64,000 nucleotides of DNA from Candidatus Eiseniibacteriota bacterium (GCA_963702435.1 CAVPCR010000001.1:1312001-1376000); one strand, 5' to 3'. Positions 31,278 through 41,666 are shown, counted from the first letter of the stretch. The notes: a model not told the origin generated them from the letters alone. Translations and numbers: made by a program.

Positions 31278-31922
31278 CTAGTCCGCGGCCGGCGCCGCCC
31301 GCCGCTTCTTCATGCGTTCCCGGACGATGGCGATGATCCCGGGCAGGATCGAGAGGAGGATCACCACGGCCACCACCTTGTGCACGTGGCGATCGATGTC
31401 GGGGATGGCGTTCCCGAGGAAGTAGCCGATGAGGGTCATGCTCGCCACCCACCCGATCCCGCCGAACACGTTGTAGAAGACGAAGTGCCGGTAGTCCATC
31501 TGGCCGACGCCGGCCACGATCGGGGCGAAGGTGCGGGCGAAGGGCATGAAGCGTGCTATGACGATGGTCTTGCCGCCGTGCTTCTCGTAGAAGGCCTTGG
31601 TGCGGAGCAGATGATCCTTGGCGAAGAAGAGCGACTTCTCGCGGGTGAAGATCTTGGGACCCGTCCGCCGCCCGATCGCATACCCCGTCGAGTCGCCGAT
31701 GATGGCCGCCGCCATCAGGAGGAGATTGAGGACGACGATGTTGAGATCGCCGGCCGCGGCGATGATGCCGGCGGTGACGAGCAGCGAGTCGCCGGGCAGG
31801 AAGAAGCCGACGAGGAGGCCGGTCTCCGCGAACACGATGAGGGTCAGCACGATGTATCCGCCCCAGCGGATCAGCGCCTCGAGGTTGTAGAGATTCTCGA
31901 AGAAGTAGTGGATCGGGTCCAT
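31278..31922 (-). CDS. dedA: DedA family membrane protein
   Basis: FAETGLLVGFFLPGDSLL, ARFMPFARTF. Confidence 0.92.
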   Translation of the reverse strand: MDPIHYFFENLYNLEALIRWGGYIVLTLIVFAETGLLVGFFLPGDSLLVTAGIIAAAGDLNIVVLNLLLMAAAIIGDSTGYAIGRRTGPKIFTREKSLFFAKDHLLRTKAFYEKHGGKTIVIARFMPFARTFAPIVAGVGQMDYRHFVFYNVFGGIGWVASMTLIGYFLGNAIPDIDRHVHKVVAVVILLSILPGIIAIVRERMKKRRAAPAAD

Positions 31923-32072
31923 GCCCTCGTCCTGGTCCGGGTTCGCGGGGAGCGCGGAAAGACCGCCAGTGTATCAGATGGTGGCGCCGCGGCCCGGCGG
32001 AGTGTGTCGCGCCGGGCCGGCAGCGCCTCAAGGATTCTGATCGGACGAACTCGCGCCGACCTTGATCGGTCC

Positions 32073-32630
32073 TCACGGCCACAGGGCCGCGAAGGTGCCG
32101 CCCGTGAGCAGCCCGTAGATGAGGCCGTCGAACGTGAACTTGAAGGTCGTCGTCCACGAGCGCCGGAACCAGATCGAATCCTGCCACAGCGCGAGCGCGT
32201 AGCCCACGAAGGCGGTGGCGCCCGCGAAGCGGAAGACGGCCGGATACGGGCTCCCGGCCGGCAGCGCCCGCCCGGTTACGTAGGCGGCGCAGACGCTGAC
32301 CACGACGCCGTAGACGAACCAGAGGAGGAGGCTCTTCCCCATGGTGAAGGGACCGTTCGGCAGGACGGTCACCATGGCGACCGGGCCCTGGTTCAGCCTG
32401 GCAATGTACGCGGGGTCCTTCATCTGCGCCGAGCCGCCTGCGAACGGCATCATGTATTCGCCCGGAGGAATGCTGAATGGGCGCAGCGCCGCCATCACCT
32501 CCTCCTCGGACTTGACGCGACTGAAGTTGTTGCCGTGATAGCGCAGCAGCATGTGGATGACGGAGCTCGCCACGAAGACGATGACCGCCGACAGGAGAAT
32601 CGGGATCCACAGCGACATGAGCGGGACCAT
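32073..32630 (-). CDS. Conserved hypothetical membrane protein
   Basis: GGAGG RBS; hydrophobic helices; PPGEYMMP; DGLIYGLLTGG. Confidence 0.75.
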   Translation of the reverse strand: MVPLMSLWIPILLSAVIVFVASSVIHMLLRYHGNNFSRVKSEEEVMAALRPFSIPPGEYMMPFAGGSAQMKDPAYIARLNQGPVAMVTVLPNGPFTMGKSLLLWFVYGVVVSVCAAYVTGRALPAGSPYPAVFRFAGATAFVGYALALWQDSIWFRRSWTTTFKFTFDGLIYGLLTGGTFAALWP

Positions 32631-32799
32631 CAGGACCTCCTCTCTCTCGCGTCCGAGCAACGGGGAACTGCGGCGAGCATCATAGCCGAACGCTGGGAAG
32701 GAAAGCGGCGCCGGGGTGCCACCTCGCACCGCGGCGCCGCCTCGCCGGTTCGCGTGTTCGCCGGTCCGCCGGTCCGCCGGTTTGCCGGTTCGCCTGCAC

Positions 32800-35628
32800 T
32801 CACCTGACCAGCGCGGCCTTCCTCGTCTCCCCCCGGCCGTCGCTGGCCAGCCGGATCAGGTAGATGCCGGGGCCGACCGCGCTCCCGCCGCTGTCGCGCC
32901 CGTCCCAGGCGACGACATGCGGGCCGGCGCCCTGCGCGTCATCGACCAGCCGCCGCACGAGACGGCCGGCGACGTCGTAGATCCCGAGCTCGACCGGCCC
33001 GCCCGCGGGCAACCGGTAGGACACGGTGACGGGCGGCCGGAACGGATTCGCGTCCTCGATCGCGAGCGCGAACCCACCGGGGAGGTCAGGCGCCGGAGGC
33101 CCGTCCGGGGCGACGCCGCTCACCGCGCACGCCACCTCGGGCGACCACGCCGAGGCCGCGAGCCCCGCGTCGACCGCGCGGACGCTCCAGTAGTAGTCGC
33201 CGGCTGGCACGTCGAGGACGATCGAGCGACCCTGGCCGGCGTTGCCCATGAGCGGCGTCCCGTAGGTGCCTGACAGGATCTCGTGTCCGCCCGCCGTCCG
33301 GCCGACCCGGAGCGCGTAGTAGAGGCCCGCCGATTGAGTCTGGCCGTCCGCGGCCGCGTTCCAGCGGAGCCGCATGCCGCCGGGGACGACGTCGCAGCCG
33401 ACCGTCGTGGGAACTCCGGGCGGGGAGTTGCTGAGGCCGCCCGTGTTCATGTAGAGGCGAGCGTACTTCGTGTCCCAGTCGGCACCGGTCACGAAGAAGT
33501 CGAGATCGCCGTCCTGGTCCGCATCGGCCCACGAGAGCGATCCCTCGCGCACGTAGGGGAAGTAGAAGGGCTGTTCCACGAAGTCGCTGCCGGTATTCTG
33601 GCAGATCCAGGTATAGAGGCCGGAGCCGTCGTACCCGCAGATCGCGACGTCGAGATCGCCGTCGTTGTCGTAGTCGCCCCAGGCGCAGGAGCTGCGATAG
33701 ATGTTCGCCATGTTCTTCACCTGGGACAGGTTCCCGACTCCGTCATTGGCGTAGATGCGGGCGAAGTTCGGCGTGCCGCTGCCGGTGATGGCCAGATCGA
33801 GATCGCCGTCGTTGTCGTAGTCGCCCCAGGCGGCGTCCGAGAGCGAGGTCGCCGGGAGGCCGTGATCTCCATCGTTGGTCAGCACCCCGGGCGGGTTGTT
33901 CTCGTAGAAGATCGTGCGCCTCTGGACTCCGTCGCTCCCGGTGATCAAGAGATCGAGGTCGCCGTCGCGGTCCATGTCGGCCCAGTCGGCGGACCCGGCG
34001 TACACTCCGACGAGAGCGGCCGCCGCGTCCAGGGTCAGCGTGCCGAGCGGATCGTTCCTGTAGAGAAGCGCCCGGGCCTGCGCGCCGTCGTGACCGATCG
34101 TGACCAGGTCGAGATCGCCGTCCAGGTCGTAGTCGCCAAAGGCCAGAGCGGCGAGCTGGAGCCCGGTCAGCGCCTGGGCGCTGTCCCAGGTCAGGGTGCC
34201 GCTCCCGTTGTTCCTGTAGATGCGGGTGATTCGCCCGGCCGCGGTCGCTCCGGCGAGGGCGAGGTCGAGATCGCCGTCGCCGTCGTAGTCGCCAAAGGCC
34301 AGGTGCCCGCTGCTCTCGTTCTGGACGCCGTCGAGGTCCTGGCTGAACACGAGCGCCCCGCCCTGGTTCCGGTAGGTCTTCGTGACCAGGGTGCCCGCCG
34401 CGGTCTCGCCGCTCGTCACGAGGTCGAGATCGCCGTCGCCGTCGAGATCGCCCCATGCGGCATCGCTCTTCCACACGCCGGTCAGATCGCCGCCGTCCGG
34501 CGGCGTGAAGTCGTCGGCCTCGACGTAGCGGTGGTAGTTGATGTCGTAGATGGAGGCGCCGCGCGAGCTGCACACCACGTGCATGTTCACGTTGCCGTCG
34601 GTCCCGATGTCGGCGGCCGGAGAGCTGCCGCCGGCCGCCCCGATGTCGGTCTCGCCGGCCGCCGCGATCGACACATAGAGACGATTGGATCGCGTGTAGA
34701 CGCTGCAGCCGTTATCGGTGTAGCCGAGGTTGACATCGACCTCCGGCGTGAAGACATTGCCGCTGCCGAGATTCACGGAGTTCGCGAAGGTGGCCCCGTA
34801 GTCGGCGCTGTGCCGCTGGCTGGGACCCGCCGGGGCGGGCGTGTAGCGGTCGACCAAGATGTGCTGCTTGTGGGCGGCGACCGAGACCTCGCAGTAGTTC
34901 TGCGTCGCCTTGCTGATCGTCCACAGGGTCAGCGCGGCGCTCCACGCGCTCCCGCCGTTGGTGCTGCGCTGGTGCTTCACGTAGTAATTGCCGGCATCGT
35001 CCGAGTACCAGGCCACGTAAACCATCTCGGCAGCCGTTCCGCTGTTGTACGAAGCGGCCACGCGCGCCGTGCCGGTGCAACCGGTGGCGGCGGTCGTGGC
35101 GGCCGCCCAGCTCGCGCCGTTGTCCGCGCTCGAGCGGAAGAGGATCTCATCCTGGTGCGGCGAATAGCCGATCCAGGTGACATAGACCCGGCTACCGCGG
35201 GCGGCGATGTCCGGCTCATAGCCCGTGGTGGTCCCGGACGAGAGGGTCACGGTCGCGTCCCAGCTCCCGGCGGCGCCGTAGGCGGTGCTGCGGCGATACT
35301 TGATCGAGCTCGACTCGGCGTCCCAGACCACGTGCACGTACTGGCCGGAGACCGCGACGTAGGCATACGTGCAGCCGGCGGTGTGCAAGGTGATCGGGTC
35401 CGCCCAGGTGCTCCCGCCGTCGGTGCTCCTGCGATACACGAGGGTCATGGCGCTCACATCGCGCCACACCGCGTGCACGTACTGGCCGGCGGCCGCCACC
35501 TGCGGATACCGCGCATCCATGACCCCGTCCGAGATCCGGACCGGGGATTCCCAGGCCCCCGCCGCGGCACCGGGCGTCAGCAGCACGGTGGCGAGGACTG
35601 CAATGGCAAGCAATGAAGCTCTCCACAT
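32800..35628 (-). CDS. Secreted BNR/Asp-box plus FG-GAP repeat protein with FlgD-like C-terminal domain
   Basis: STDGGSTW and SADNGASW Asp-boxes; repeated WGDYDNDGDLD; tail NPF...YDVAGRLVR...WDGRD. Confidence 0.88.
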   Translation of the reverse strand: MWRASLLAIAVLATVLLTPGAAAGAWESPVRISDGVMDARYPQVAAAGQYVHAVWRDVSAMTLVYRRSTDGGSTWADPITLHTAGCTYAYVAVSGQYVHVVWDAESSSIKYRRSTAYGAAGSWDATVTLSSGTTTGYEPDIAARGSRVYVTWIGYSPHQDEILFRSSADNGASWAAATTAATGCTGTARVAASYNSGTAAEMVYVAWYSDDAGNYYVKHQRSTNGGSAWSAALTLWTISKATQNYCEVSVAAHKQHILVDRYTPAPAGPSQRHSADYGATFANSVNLGSGNVFTPEVDVNLGYTDNGCSVYTRSNRLYVSIAAAGETDIGAAGGSSPAADIGTDGNVNMHVVCSSRGASIYDINYHRYVEADDFTPPDGGDLTGVWKSDAAWGDLDGDGDLDLVTSGETAAGTLVTKTYRNQGGALVFSQDLDGVQNESSGHLAFGDYDGDGDLDLALAGATAAGRITRIYRNNGSGTLTWDSAQALTGLQLAALAFGDYDLDGDLDLVTIGHDGAQARALLYRNDPLGTLTLDAAAALVGVYAGSADWADMDRDGDLDLLITGSDGVQRRTIFYENNPPGVLTNDGDHGLPATSLSDAAWGDYDNDGDLDLAITGSGTPNFARIYANDGVGNLSQVKNMANIYRSSCAWGDYDNDGDLDVAICGYDGSGLYTWICQNTGSDFVEQPFYFPYVREGSLSWADADQDGDLDFFVTGADWDTKYARLYMNTGGLSNSPPGVPTTVGCDVVPGGMRLRWNAAADGQTQSAGLYYALRVGRTAGGHEILSGTYGTPLMGNAGQGRSIVLDVPAGDYYWSVRAVDAGLAASAWSPEVACAVSGVAPDGPPAPDLPGGFALAIEDANPFRPPVTVSYRLPAGGPVELGIYDVAGRLVRRLVDDAQGAGPHVVAWDGRDSGGSAVGPGIYLIRLASDGRGETRKAALVR

Positions 35629-36016
35629 GGCGCAACTCCTCTCGACGTCGAGCCTGTCCTCGCGCGATCCGTCGACCCCGGGAGGAAGGCAAAGCCCGGG
35701 CGCAGTGTGGCCGCGCCCGGGCTGCGGATGAATCTGTGCTGGATGCAAGACGCTCGGAGATCGCGCTGATCTCCAGCGGGCGGGCGTGGAGGGTGCGCTG
35801 CGCGCGCGGCGAGACGCCGGCGACCGGCTTCCAGCGGCCGGAACGACGGCATCTGCCGGCTGCCTACCGCCTGGCTGCCGGGCACGCATCGTCAGCCTCC
35901 ACGAGCGGGGCCGAGACGAAAGAGGTGGCGGGCTCGCCCCTGTCGGCGAGCCCCTCCGCTTCCGACATCACGACAGCCGGGACGACGGAGTCAGCAGCCC
36001 CGCAACTTCCACCATC

Positions 36017-36045
36017 AGTATATGGACCGGCGAGACGCCCAACAA
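36017..36045 (-). promoter_or_regulatory. Sigma70-type promoter ~380 nt upstream of the FG-GAP gene
   Basis: Minus strand TTGTTG-17 bp-TATACT. Confidence 0.5.
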
Positions 36046-36188
36046 GGCGACGCCCGGTCCCGCGACGAGGAAGAATCTACAATTCTCATGTTAACTACCC
36101 GTCAACACCACCCAGCAAGAAGGCGGCGCCGGGCGTCAGGTCTCGCCACGGCGCCGCCACGGGCGTCCCGGAGCCCGAAGGCTCGGGG

Positions 36189-38030
36189 CTACGACCCGAT
36201 CCGCACGATCCGGCGCACCATGGTGGCGTCCGGTGTCGTGAGGCGCAGGAAGTAGACCCCGCGCGGCAGCGGCCGCCCGCCGTCGCCCGTCCCATCCCAG
36301 GTGAGCTCGCCGCTCATCGCCGCATCCCCGGTGAAAAGCGCGCGCACGAGCCGTCCGGCCACGTCGTGCACCGACACATTGAGCGGCGTGATGCCGGCCG
36401 GGCCCGGAATCGAGTAGGTGAGATTGAAGGGACCCGATGCCGGATTCGGCGCGACCGCGAGCCATCCGGACGCGCTCGGCGCCGGCGCGGGCGCCGTCAC
36501 GGCCGCGGTCGCCGGACAGGTGAGGATGTAGATGCCGTCGCCGCCGATCCCGCTCAGATCGACGCGCGCAACCGCTTCGCCCGCGTCGTTCAGGCACCGA
36601 TAGCCGCCGTAGTCGCGCGCCGTGAGCGTCGAGAAATCCACGACCGCACGCCCGTCGATCAGGTCGCCCTCGCGGAGGACCTTGCACAGGCCGTCCGCTT
36701 CATCCCACAGGTAGAGGCCGCGATCGTCGCTCGAACCGCCGGGAGTGCCGCGCAGGTTCGCGGTGAAGAGCACCTGGCCGGCGGCGTTGATGCCGGTGAC
36801 GTTCCCGAAGCTCGCGAAGCGGCCGCCACCCTCGGGCACGGGCTCGTCCTCGCGCGCCACCTGGATCAGGATCAGCGAGTCGCCCCGATAGATGCCCGAG
36901 TCGTCGAGGCCGCCGCCGGCCGTCCCGGTCAAGCTGGCCCGGAAGGACACGAGGTTGCCGGCGCTGAGCGACGGATGCTGGAAGCTCGCGAAGGTCCCGT
37001 TGTGATCGGGGGCGACCTGCCCTTTGACGGCGATGCGCGCGCCGCCGAGGATGCTCCCGCCCGCGAGGTAGATCCCCTCGCCATCGCTCGTGGGGTAGCG
37101 AGTGGCGAGGAAGGCGGCGTTGCCCAGGATGTTGATCACCGGTCCCCATGGATTGTCGTAGATGCCGCCCCCGGGAGCGGGGTTGCCGCCACGGGCGACG
37201 ATCGAGATGCCGGACGGGCGCGCCTTCAGGAGCCCACCGTCGTCGAGCAGACCGCCGTTGGACCAGAGCCACGCCATCACCGCGACCTCGTTCGCGTTGG
37301 GCCGGAGGGCCGGCGGATCGGTGTCGTAGAACTGCCGGATCGAGCCATTGCCGTCAGGCATCAGCTGTCCGCCGTAGGCCAGGCGCGTGAGCGTGGTCGT
37401 GGAGGCGATATAGATAGCACCCGGGCCGGTCGTGCCGATGCCGGCGAAGAACGAGACGTCGGCCGGGACCTGGTTGTTGATCTGCGGCGGGAAGAAGGAG
37501 GCGAAGGGGGACGTGAACCCCGGGGCCGTCGTCCCCTTGCGAGCATGCTGGATGAGCGTGCCTGGACCTTCGCTCGAGTACATGCCCGCATTGTCGGTAG
37601 TGCCGCCCGGAGTGCCGGTCAGGTTGGCGGCGAAGGCGACCCGACCGCCGTTGTTCATCACGTACTGGCGCGTGACGAAATGGAGGCCGCTCGCGAAGGC
37701 GCCGCCGATCGGGAGCGCCTCGCCCTCGCGCACGATCGAGGTGTCGGGGGCTCCGGCCCGCGCCCGCGTGATCACCTCATCGTCGGCGGTGCCGCCGGCG
37801 GTGCCGGTGAGCCGGGCCGAGAACGCGACCTGCCCCCCGTCATTCAGACAGGGATCGCCGAAGCTCGTGGAGGAGCCATAGACGCCGTTGCCGTCGGGAG
37901 CGGCCTCGCCGTCGCGGGCGACCGGCACGGCCGCGGCGAGCGCCGGCTGCGGGTTGGTGAGGAGGGGGGCGAGCGCCAGCGCCGCCGCCAGGGCGGACGC
38001 GAGACGCGCGGAGAGAGCGTGGGCTTTCAT
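36189..38030 (-). CDS. Secreted NxxGxxAF-repeat (choice-of-anchor) protein with FlgD-like C-terminal domain
   Basis: LNDGGQVAF, NNGGRVAF, NILGNAAF, NAAGQVLF repeats; tail APNP...HDVAGRLVR...WDG...GVYFLRL. Confidence 0.82.
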   Translation of the reverse strand: MKAHALSARLASALAAALALAPLLTNPQPALAAAVPVARDGEAAPDGNGVYGSSTSFGDPCLNDGGQVAFSARLTGTAGGTADDEVITRARAGAPDTSIVREGEALPIGGAFASGLHFVTRQYVMNNGGRVAFAANLTGTPGGTTDNAGMYSSEGPGTLIQHARKGTTAPGFTSPFASFFPPQINNQVPADVSFFAGIGTTGPGAIYIASTTTLTRLAYGGQLMPDGNGSIRQFYDTDPPALRPNANEVAVMAWLWSNGGLLDDGGLLKARPSGISIVARGGNPAPGGGIYDNPWGPVINILGNAAFLATRYPTSDGEGIYLAGGSILGGARIAVKGQVAPDHNGTFASFQHPSLSAGNLVSFRASLTGTAGGGLDDSGIYRGDSLILIQVAREDEPVPEGGGRFASFGNVTGINAAGQVLFTANLRGTPGGSSDDRGLYLWDEADGLCKVLREGDLIDGRAVVDFSTLTARDYGGYRCLNDAGEAVARVDLSGIGGDGIYILTCPATAAVTAPAPAPSASGWLAVAPNPASGPFNLTYSIPGPAGITPLNVSVHDVAGRLVRALFTGDAAMSGELTWDGTGDGGRPLPRGVYFLRLTTPDATMVRRIVRIGS

Positions 38031-38225
38031 GCTAGTCTCCCGGAGCGGGCAGATGACCGGCGACCTGCATGCCTCCGTCTGCTCATCATCCCCCGCTCCT
38101 CGAAACTCGCGCCCCTGCGCCACCCGTCTGACCTGACCGCCATCGGCCGCTGCGGCCGCGACGGATCGGGGTGGCGCCTGGTGCGCGGTGACCTGATGCT
38201 CGATGACCATGGCCGGGAGGGACGC

Positions 38226-41200
38226 ATGGCCGTTGCGCCCGCTGGGTCACGGGCGACCGAAGACGAGCCTCGGTCGCCGCTCTTACGCCCTTCTTACAAA
38301 CGCCGGCCGGCAACCGGGGAGATTCGGCCCGGCGAGGGCGCCGGCGGCCTCCCCACGGGTTCCGGCCCTGCTCCCCTCCTGCCCCGGCCCCGGCTCTTCG
38401 CCCTGCTCGCCGGCCCCTGGAAGGTGGCCCTCCTCGCCGCCCCGGCCGGGTACGGGAAGACGACCCTCGCCCTCGAGTTCGCCGCGGCGGCCGGCGGGCT
38501 CTCCTGCCGCCTCCGTCGCGAGGATCACGATCCCTCTCATCTCGCAGAAAAACTGCTCGCGGCCGCAGAAAAGCGCGAGCCGCCGCTGGGAGACCGAACG
38601 TGCCGGCTCTTCGCCTCCCGCCGCGACATGGAACGGGACGGCGGCCTCCTGGCCGCGAGCCTCGCCGAGGAGCTGGCCACCGCCGCCGCAGCCGGCGGCC
38701 TGATCGTCGCGCTCGACGATTTGCAGGTACTTGCGGGTGGCCGCGAAAGTTTGCACTGGCTGGCTCGGATCATGGAGGAGTCGGGGCCGGCTGTACGCTT
38801 CCTCGTCACCTGTCGCGGCGAGTGTCCGCTGCCGCTCACCCGCCTTGCCCTCCAGGGCGGGCTCGTGACCATCGGAGCCGCGGAGCTCGAGTTCACGGCC
38901 GCCGAGCAGGCGGAGCTCTTTGCTTCCTCGTTCGGCCTCGGCGTCACGCCGGAGGAGAGCGCCACGATCCGCGCGCTGGTCGGCGGGTGGGCGGCCGGGC
39001 TCGCACTCCTCGCGCACGAGCGCCGCCGGAGCGGGCGCGCCGCGTTGCCCGCCGACCGGCAGTCCGGCGCTGCCGGCGGCGCCGAGCAACTGCTCGACTT
39101 CCTGGACGAGGACGTCGTGGCGCCGCTTCCGGCGCGCCTCCGGCGCACCCTCGCCCGCGCTGCGCTGCTCGAGGATCTCGATCCCGACGCGCTGCGCTTC
39201 CTCCTCGGCCGCGGCGACGCGGAGCATCTCCTGGTCGAGGTCTCGCGCCGAGACCTCTTCGTGCGGTCGCTGCCCGGGAGCAGCGCCGCGCTGCGGTTCC
39301 ATCCGCTCCTCGCCGAAGCGCTCCGCCGGCGCTTCGCGGCGGAGACGGACGCGGCAGAGCGGGTCCGGCTCTTGACTCGTCTTGCCCGCTACTGGATGGC
39401 CCATGGCGAGCCGGCGCGTGCGGTCCGCGTGCTCAAGGAGGGAGGAGCGCTGGAGGAAGCAGCGCGCCTCTTCGAACAGGCAGCCGAGACGGCGGCCGGC
39501 GCCAGGCGGCGCCGGGGCCCCGCCCGATCGGTGCCCGTCGCCCCGCTCGCGCCGATCGCCCCGCTCGCTCTCGTCGCGGCCCGGAGCGAGGTCGCCGCCC
39601 CGTGGCTCGAACTCCATGGCGCCTACGAGGCGCGCGATGCCGGACGGTTCGACGAGGCCATCCAGCTGGCCCGCGCCGCCGCCCGCGACTTTCTCGAGCG
39701 TCACGCCTTCCCCGAGGTCGCGCGCGCACTCGGAGTCGAGATCAGGGTCGCGATCATGACCGGCAAGTTCCGCGGCTCGCTCAAGCAGGCAGGATCCGTG
39801 CTGCGCCGGATCCCGGCCCGCGAACGGGCCGCCCGCGGGCTAATCCTCATGCAGCTCGGCGAGCTCCACCTGCATGCCGGCAGACCGGAGCGCGCGCGGG
39901 TCATGCTCGCCACCGCCGAGCGACATCTGCGCGCCACCGGGCACGAGATCGAGATGGCCGAGGTCTCGCTCCGCCGCGCGACCGTGGCCTTCACCCAGGG
40001 TCGCTGGGACGCCTACCTTCTCCTCGCGCGCCATGCGCTCGGCATCTTCCGCCACGCCGGCCACGCGACGCGCGCCCAATCGCTCCTCATCAACATGGCC
40101 GATGCCTCGATCTACCTCGGCCAGGAGGAGAAGGCCCTCGCCTACCTCGACGAGGCGGAGATCCAGACCGCGCGCTCGAGCCTCCCCAGCAACCGCGCCA
40201 TCGCGGCGATCATCCGTGCTCGTGCACACTCGGAACGGGGCGCGTTCGATGACGCCGCCCCGCACTTCGCCGCCGCCGAGGACATGGTCAATCGCTTCGG
40301 CTCGCCGAGCGCGGCACTCATTCTCGCGGTCTGGTCCGGGGTGTGGGCGCGCCGGCGCGGCGATCTGGACGTGGCAGCATCGCAACTATCGGCGGCTGTC
40401 GATGGCTTTTCGCGTCTCGACTCGCCATCATGGCTTGCTGTCGCGCGCATGGAGCGCGGCCTCGTGCGTGGGCTCCGGGGCGACCCGGCGGCCGGGCTCG
40501 CCGATCTCGCCGCGGCGGCGCGCGTTTCGCGGCGCCTCGGCGACAGGAAGGAGCTCGCCCGGAACTGGCTCTACGCCGCCCGGGTGCGCGCGCTGGCGGG
40601 CGAGGATTTCGCGCCCACGTTCCGCCGCGCACTCGCCCTCCTCGCCCGCGAGGGCTACTTCATCCTCCTGCGCAAGGAGGCCGATGTCGCGGTCCCCCTC
40701 GTCGGCGCCCTCGCGGCGACGGGCGCCGGCGGCACGCTCCTCGCGCGCGCTCGCGCCGCGCTGCCCGAGACGGCGCTGCCGGAAGCGGCACCACCGGAAG
40801 CGGCGCCCGCGGGGCCGCTCTTCGCGGTGCGCGCGACGGGCGGCGGGGAGCGCCCGGCGGTGGCGATCCGGCTCCTCGGCGGGTTCGCGGTCACGATCGG
40901 CGGCGCGCCGGCCAGCTTTCCGCGACGCGCCTCGATCGCGCTCGTCGCGCGACTCGCGCTCGCCCGCGGTGCGGCCTGCGAGCGCGAGGCCCTCGCCGAG
41001 ACGTTGTGGCCGGGCGCTCCTCCCGCCGCGAGCCGGAACCGATTCGATGTGGCGCTGTCCGCGGCGCGGCGCATCCTCGAGCCGGAGGTCGGCCCCCGGG
41101 GGCCATTTCGCGTGCTGCTCGGCGAATCAGGGCTCTACCGGCTGGGCGCCGGCGACCGCGCGACAGTGGACGTCGAGGAATTCGAGCGGCTCGCCGCGGC

Positions 41201-41666
41201 GTGCGAGCCGGTGCTCGCCGATCTCGCGCGCCGCCCATGGTCGGTGGAACGCCCGCGCCTCGCCGCCGCCGAGGTCGAGCGCCGGCGCACGCGGGTCACG
41301 GCGGCGGTCGCCGCCTATCGCGGCGAGCTCCTGCCGGAGCTGCGCTACGCGTCGTGGGCCGCAGCGGAACGCGAGCGGCTCCGCGACCGCCACCAGCGTC
41401 TCCTCGTCGGTCTCGGCGCGCTGGAACTGGCGGCGAGCCGCACCGCGGAGGCGGTCGCCCTGGCGCGCCGCGTTCTCGGGGAGGACCCGCTCTCCGAGGA
41501 GGCCGAGCGGCTTCTCCTCCGCGCGCTCGCCGCCCGTGAGGAGAACTCTGCTCTCATCCGCAGTTATCGGAGCTTCGCACGGAGGATGCAGCGGGAGCTC
41601 GATCTGGCGCCGGGCCCGGAGACCGAGGCCCTCTTCCGCGAGCTGGCGGGCGAGCCGGGGGGATGA
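38226..41666 (+). CDS. MalT-like STAND NTPase-TPR-wHTH-BTAD transcriptional regulator
   Basis: GGGAGG RBS; APAGYGKTT; LDDLQ; GGWAAGL; RFHPLL; TPR-like helices; IRLLGGF, LWP, YRGELL and DPLSE BTAD motifs. Confidence 0.88.
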   Translation: MAVAPAGSRATEDEPRSPLLRPSYKRRPATGEIRPGEGAGGLPTGSGPAPLLPRPRLFALLAGPWKVALLAAPAGYGKTTLALEFAAAAGGLSCRLRREDHDPSHLAEKLLAAAEKREPPLGDRTCRLFASRRDMERDGGLLAASLAEELATAAAAGGLIVALDDLQVLAGGRESLHWLARIMEESGPAVRFLVTCRGECPLPLTRLALQGGLVTIGAAELEFTAAEQAELFASSFGLGVTPEESATIRALVGGWAAGLALLAHERRRSGRAALPADRQSGAAGGAEQLLDFLDEDVVAPLPARLRRTLARAALLEDLDPDALRFLLGRGDAEHLLVEVSRRDLFVRSLPGSSAALRFHPLLAEALRRRFAAETDAAERVRLLTRLARYWMAHGEPARAVRVLKEGGALEEAARLFEQAAETAAGARRRRGPARSVPVAPLAPIAPLALVAARSEVAAPWLELHGAYEARDAGRFDEAIQLARAAARDFLERHAFPEVARALGVEIRVAIMTGKFRGSLKQAGSVLRRIPARERAARGLILMQLGELHLHAGRPERARVMLATAERHLRATGHEIEMAEVSLRRATVAFTQGRWDAYLLLARHALGIFRHAGHATRAQSLLINMADASIYLGQEEKALAYLDEAEIQTARSSLPSNRAIAAIIRARAHSERGAFDDAAPHFAAAEDMVNRFGSPSAALILAVWSGVWARRRGDLDVAASQLSAAVDGFSRLDSPSWLAVARMERGLVRGLRGDPAAGLADLAAAARVSRRLGDRKELARNWLYAARVRALAGEDFAPTFRRALALLAREGYFILLRKEADVAVPLVGALAATGAGGTLLARARAALPETALPEAAPPEAAPAGPLFAVRATGGGERPAVAIRLLGGFAVTIGGAPASFPRRASIALVARLALARGAACEREALAETLWPGAPPAASRNRFDVALSAARRILEPEVGPRGPFRVLLGESGLYRLGAGDRATVDVEEFERLAAACEPVLADLARRPWSVERPRLAAAEVERRRTRVTAAVAAYRGELLPELRYASWAAAERERLRDRHQRLLVGLGALELAASRTAEAVALARRVLGEDPLSEEAERLLLRALAAREENSALIRSYRSFARRMQRELDLAPGPETEALFRELAGEPGG

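Noticed and set aside
33480..34460. Regularly spaced GAGATCGCCGTC repeats (and LVIVD repeats at 11900-13550) as a CRISPR array
   Set aside because: They are degenerate protein-coding FG-GAP/LVIVD repeats; no cas genes are present.
35613..38225. N-terminal ~870 aa of the 2017-aa ORF 35613..41666
   Set aside because: Antisense shadow of the NxxGxxAF gene; the real regulator starts at ATG 38226 with a GGGAGG RBS.
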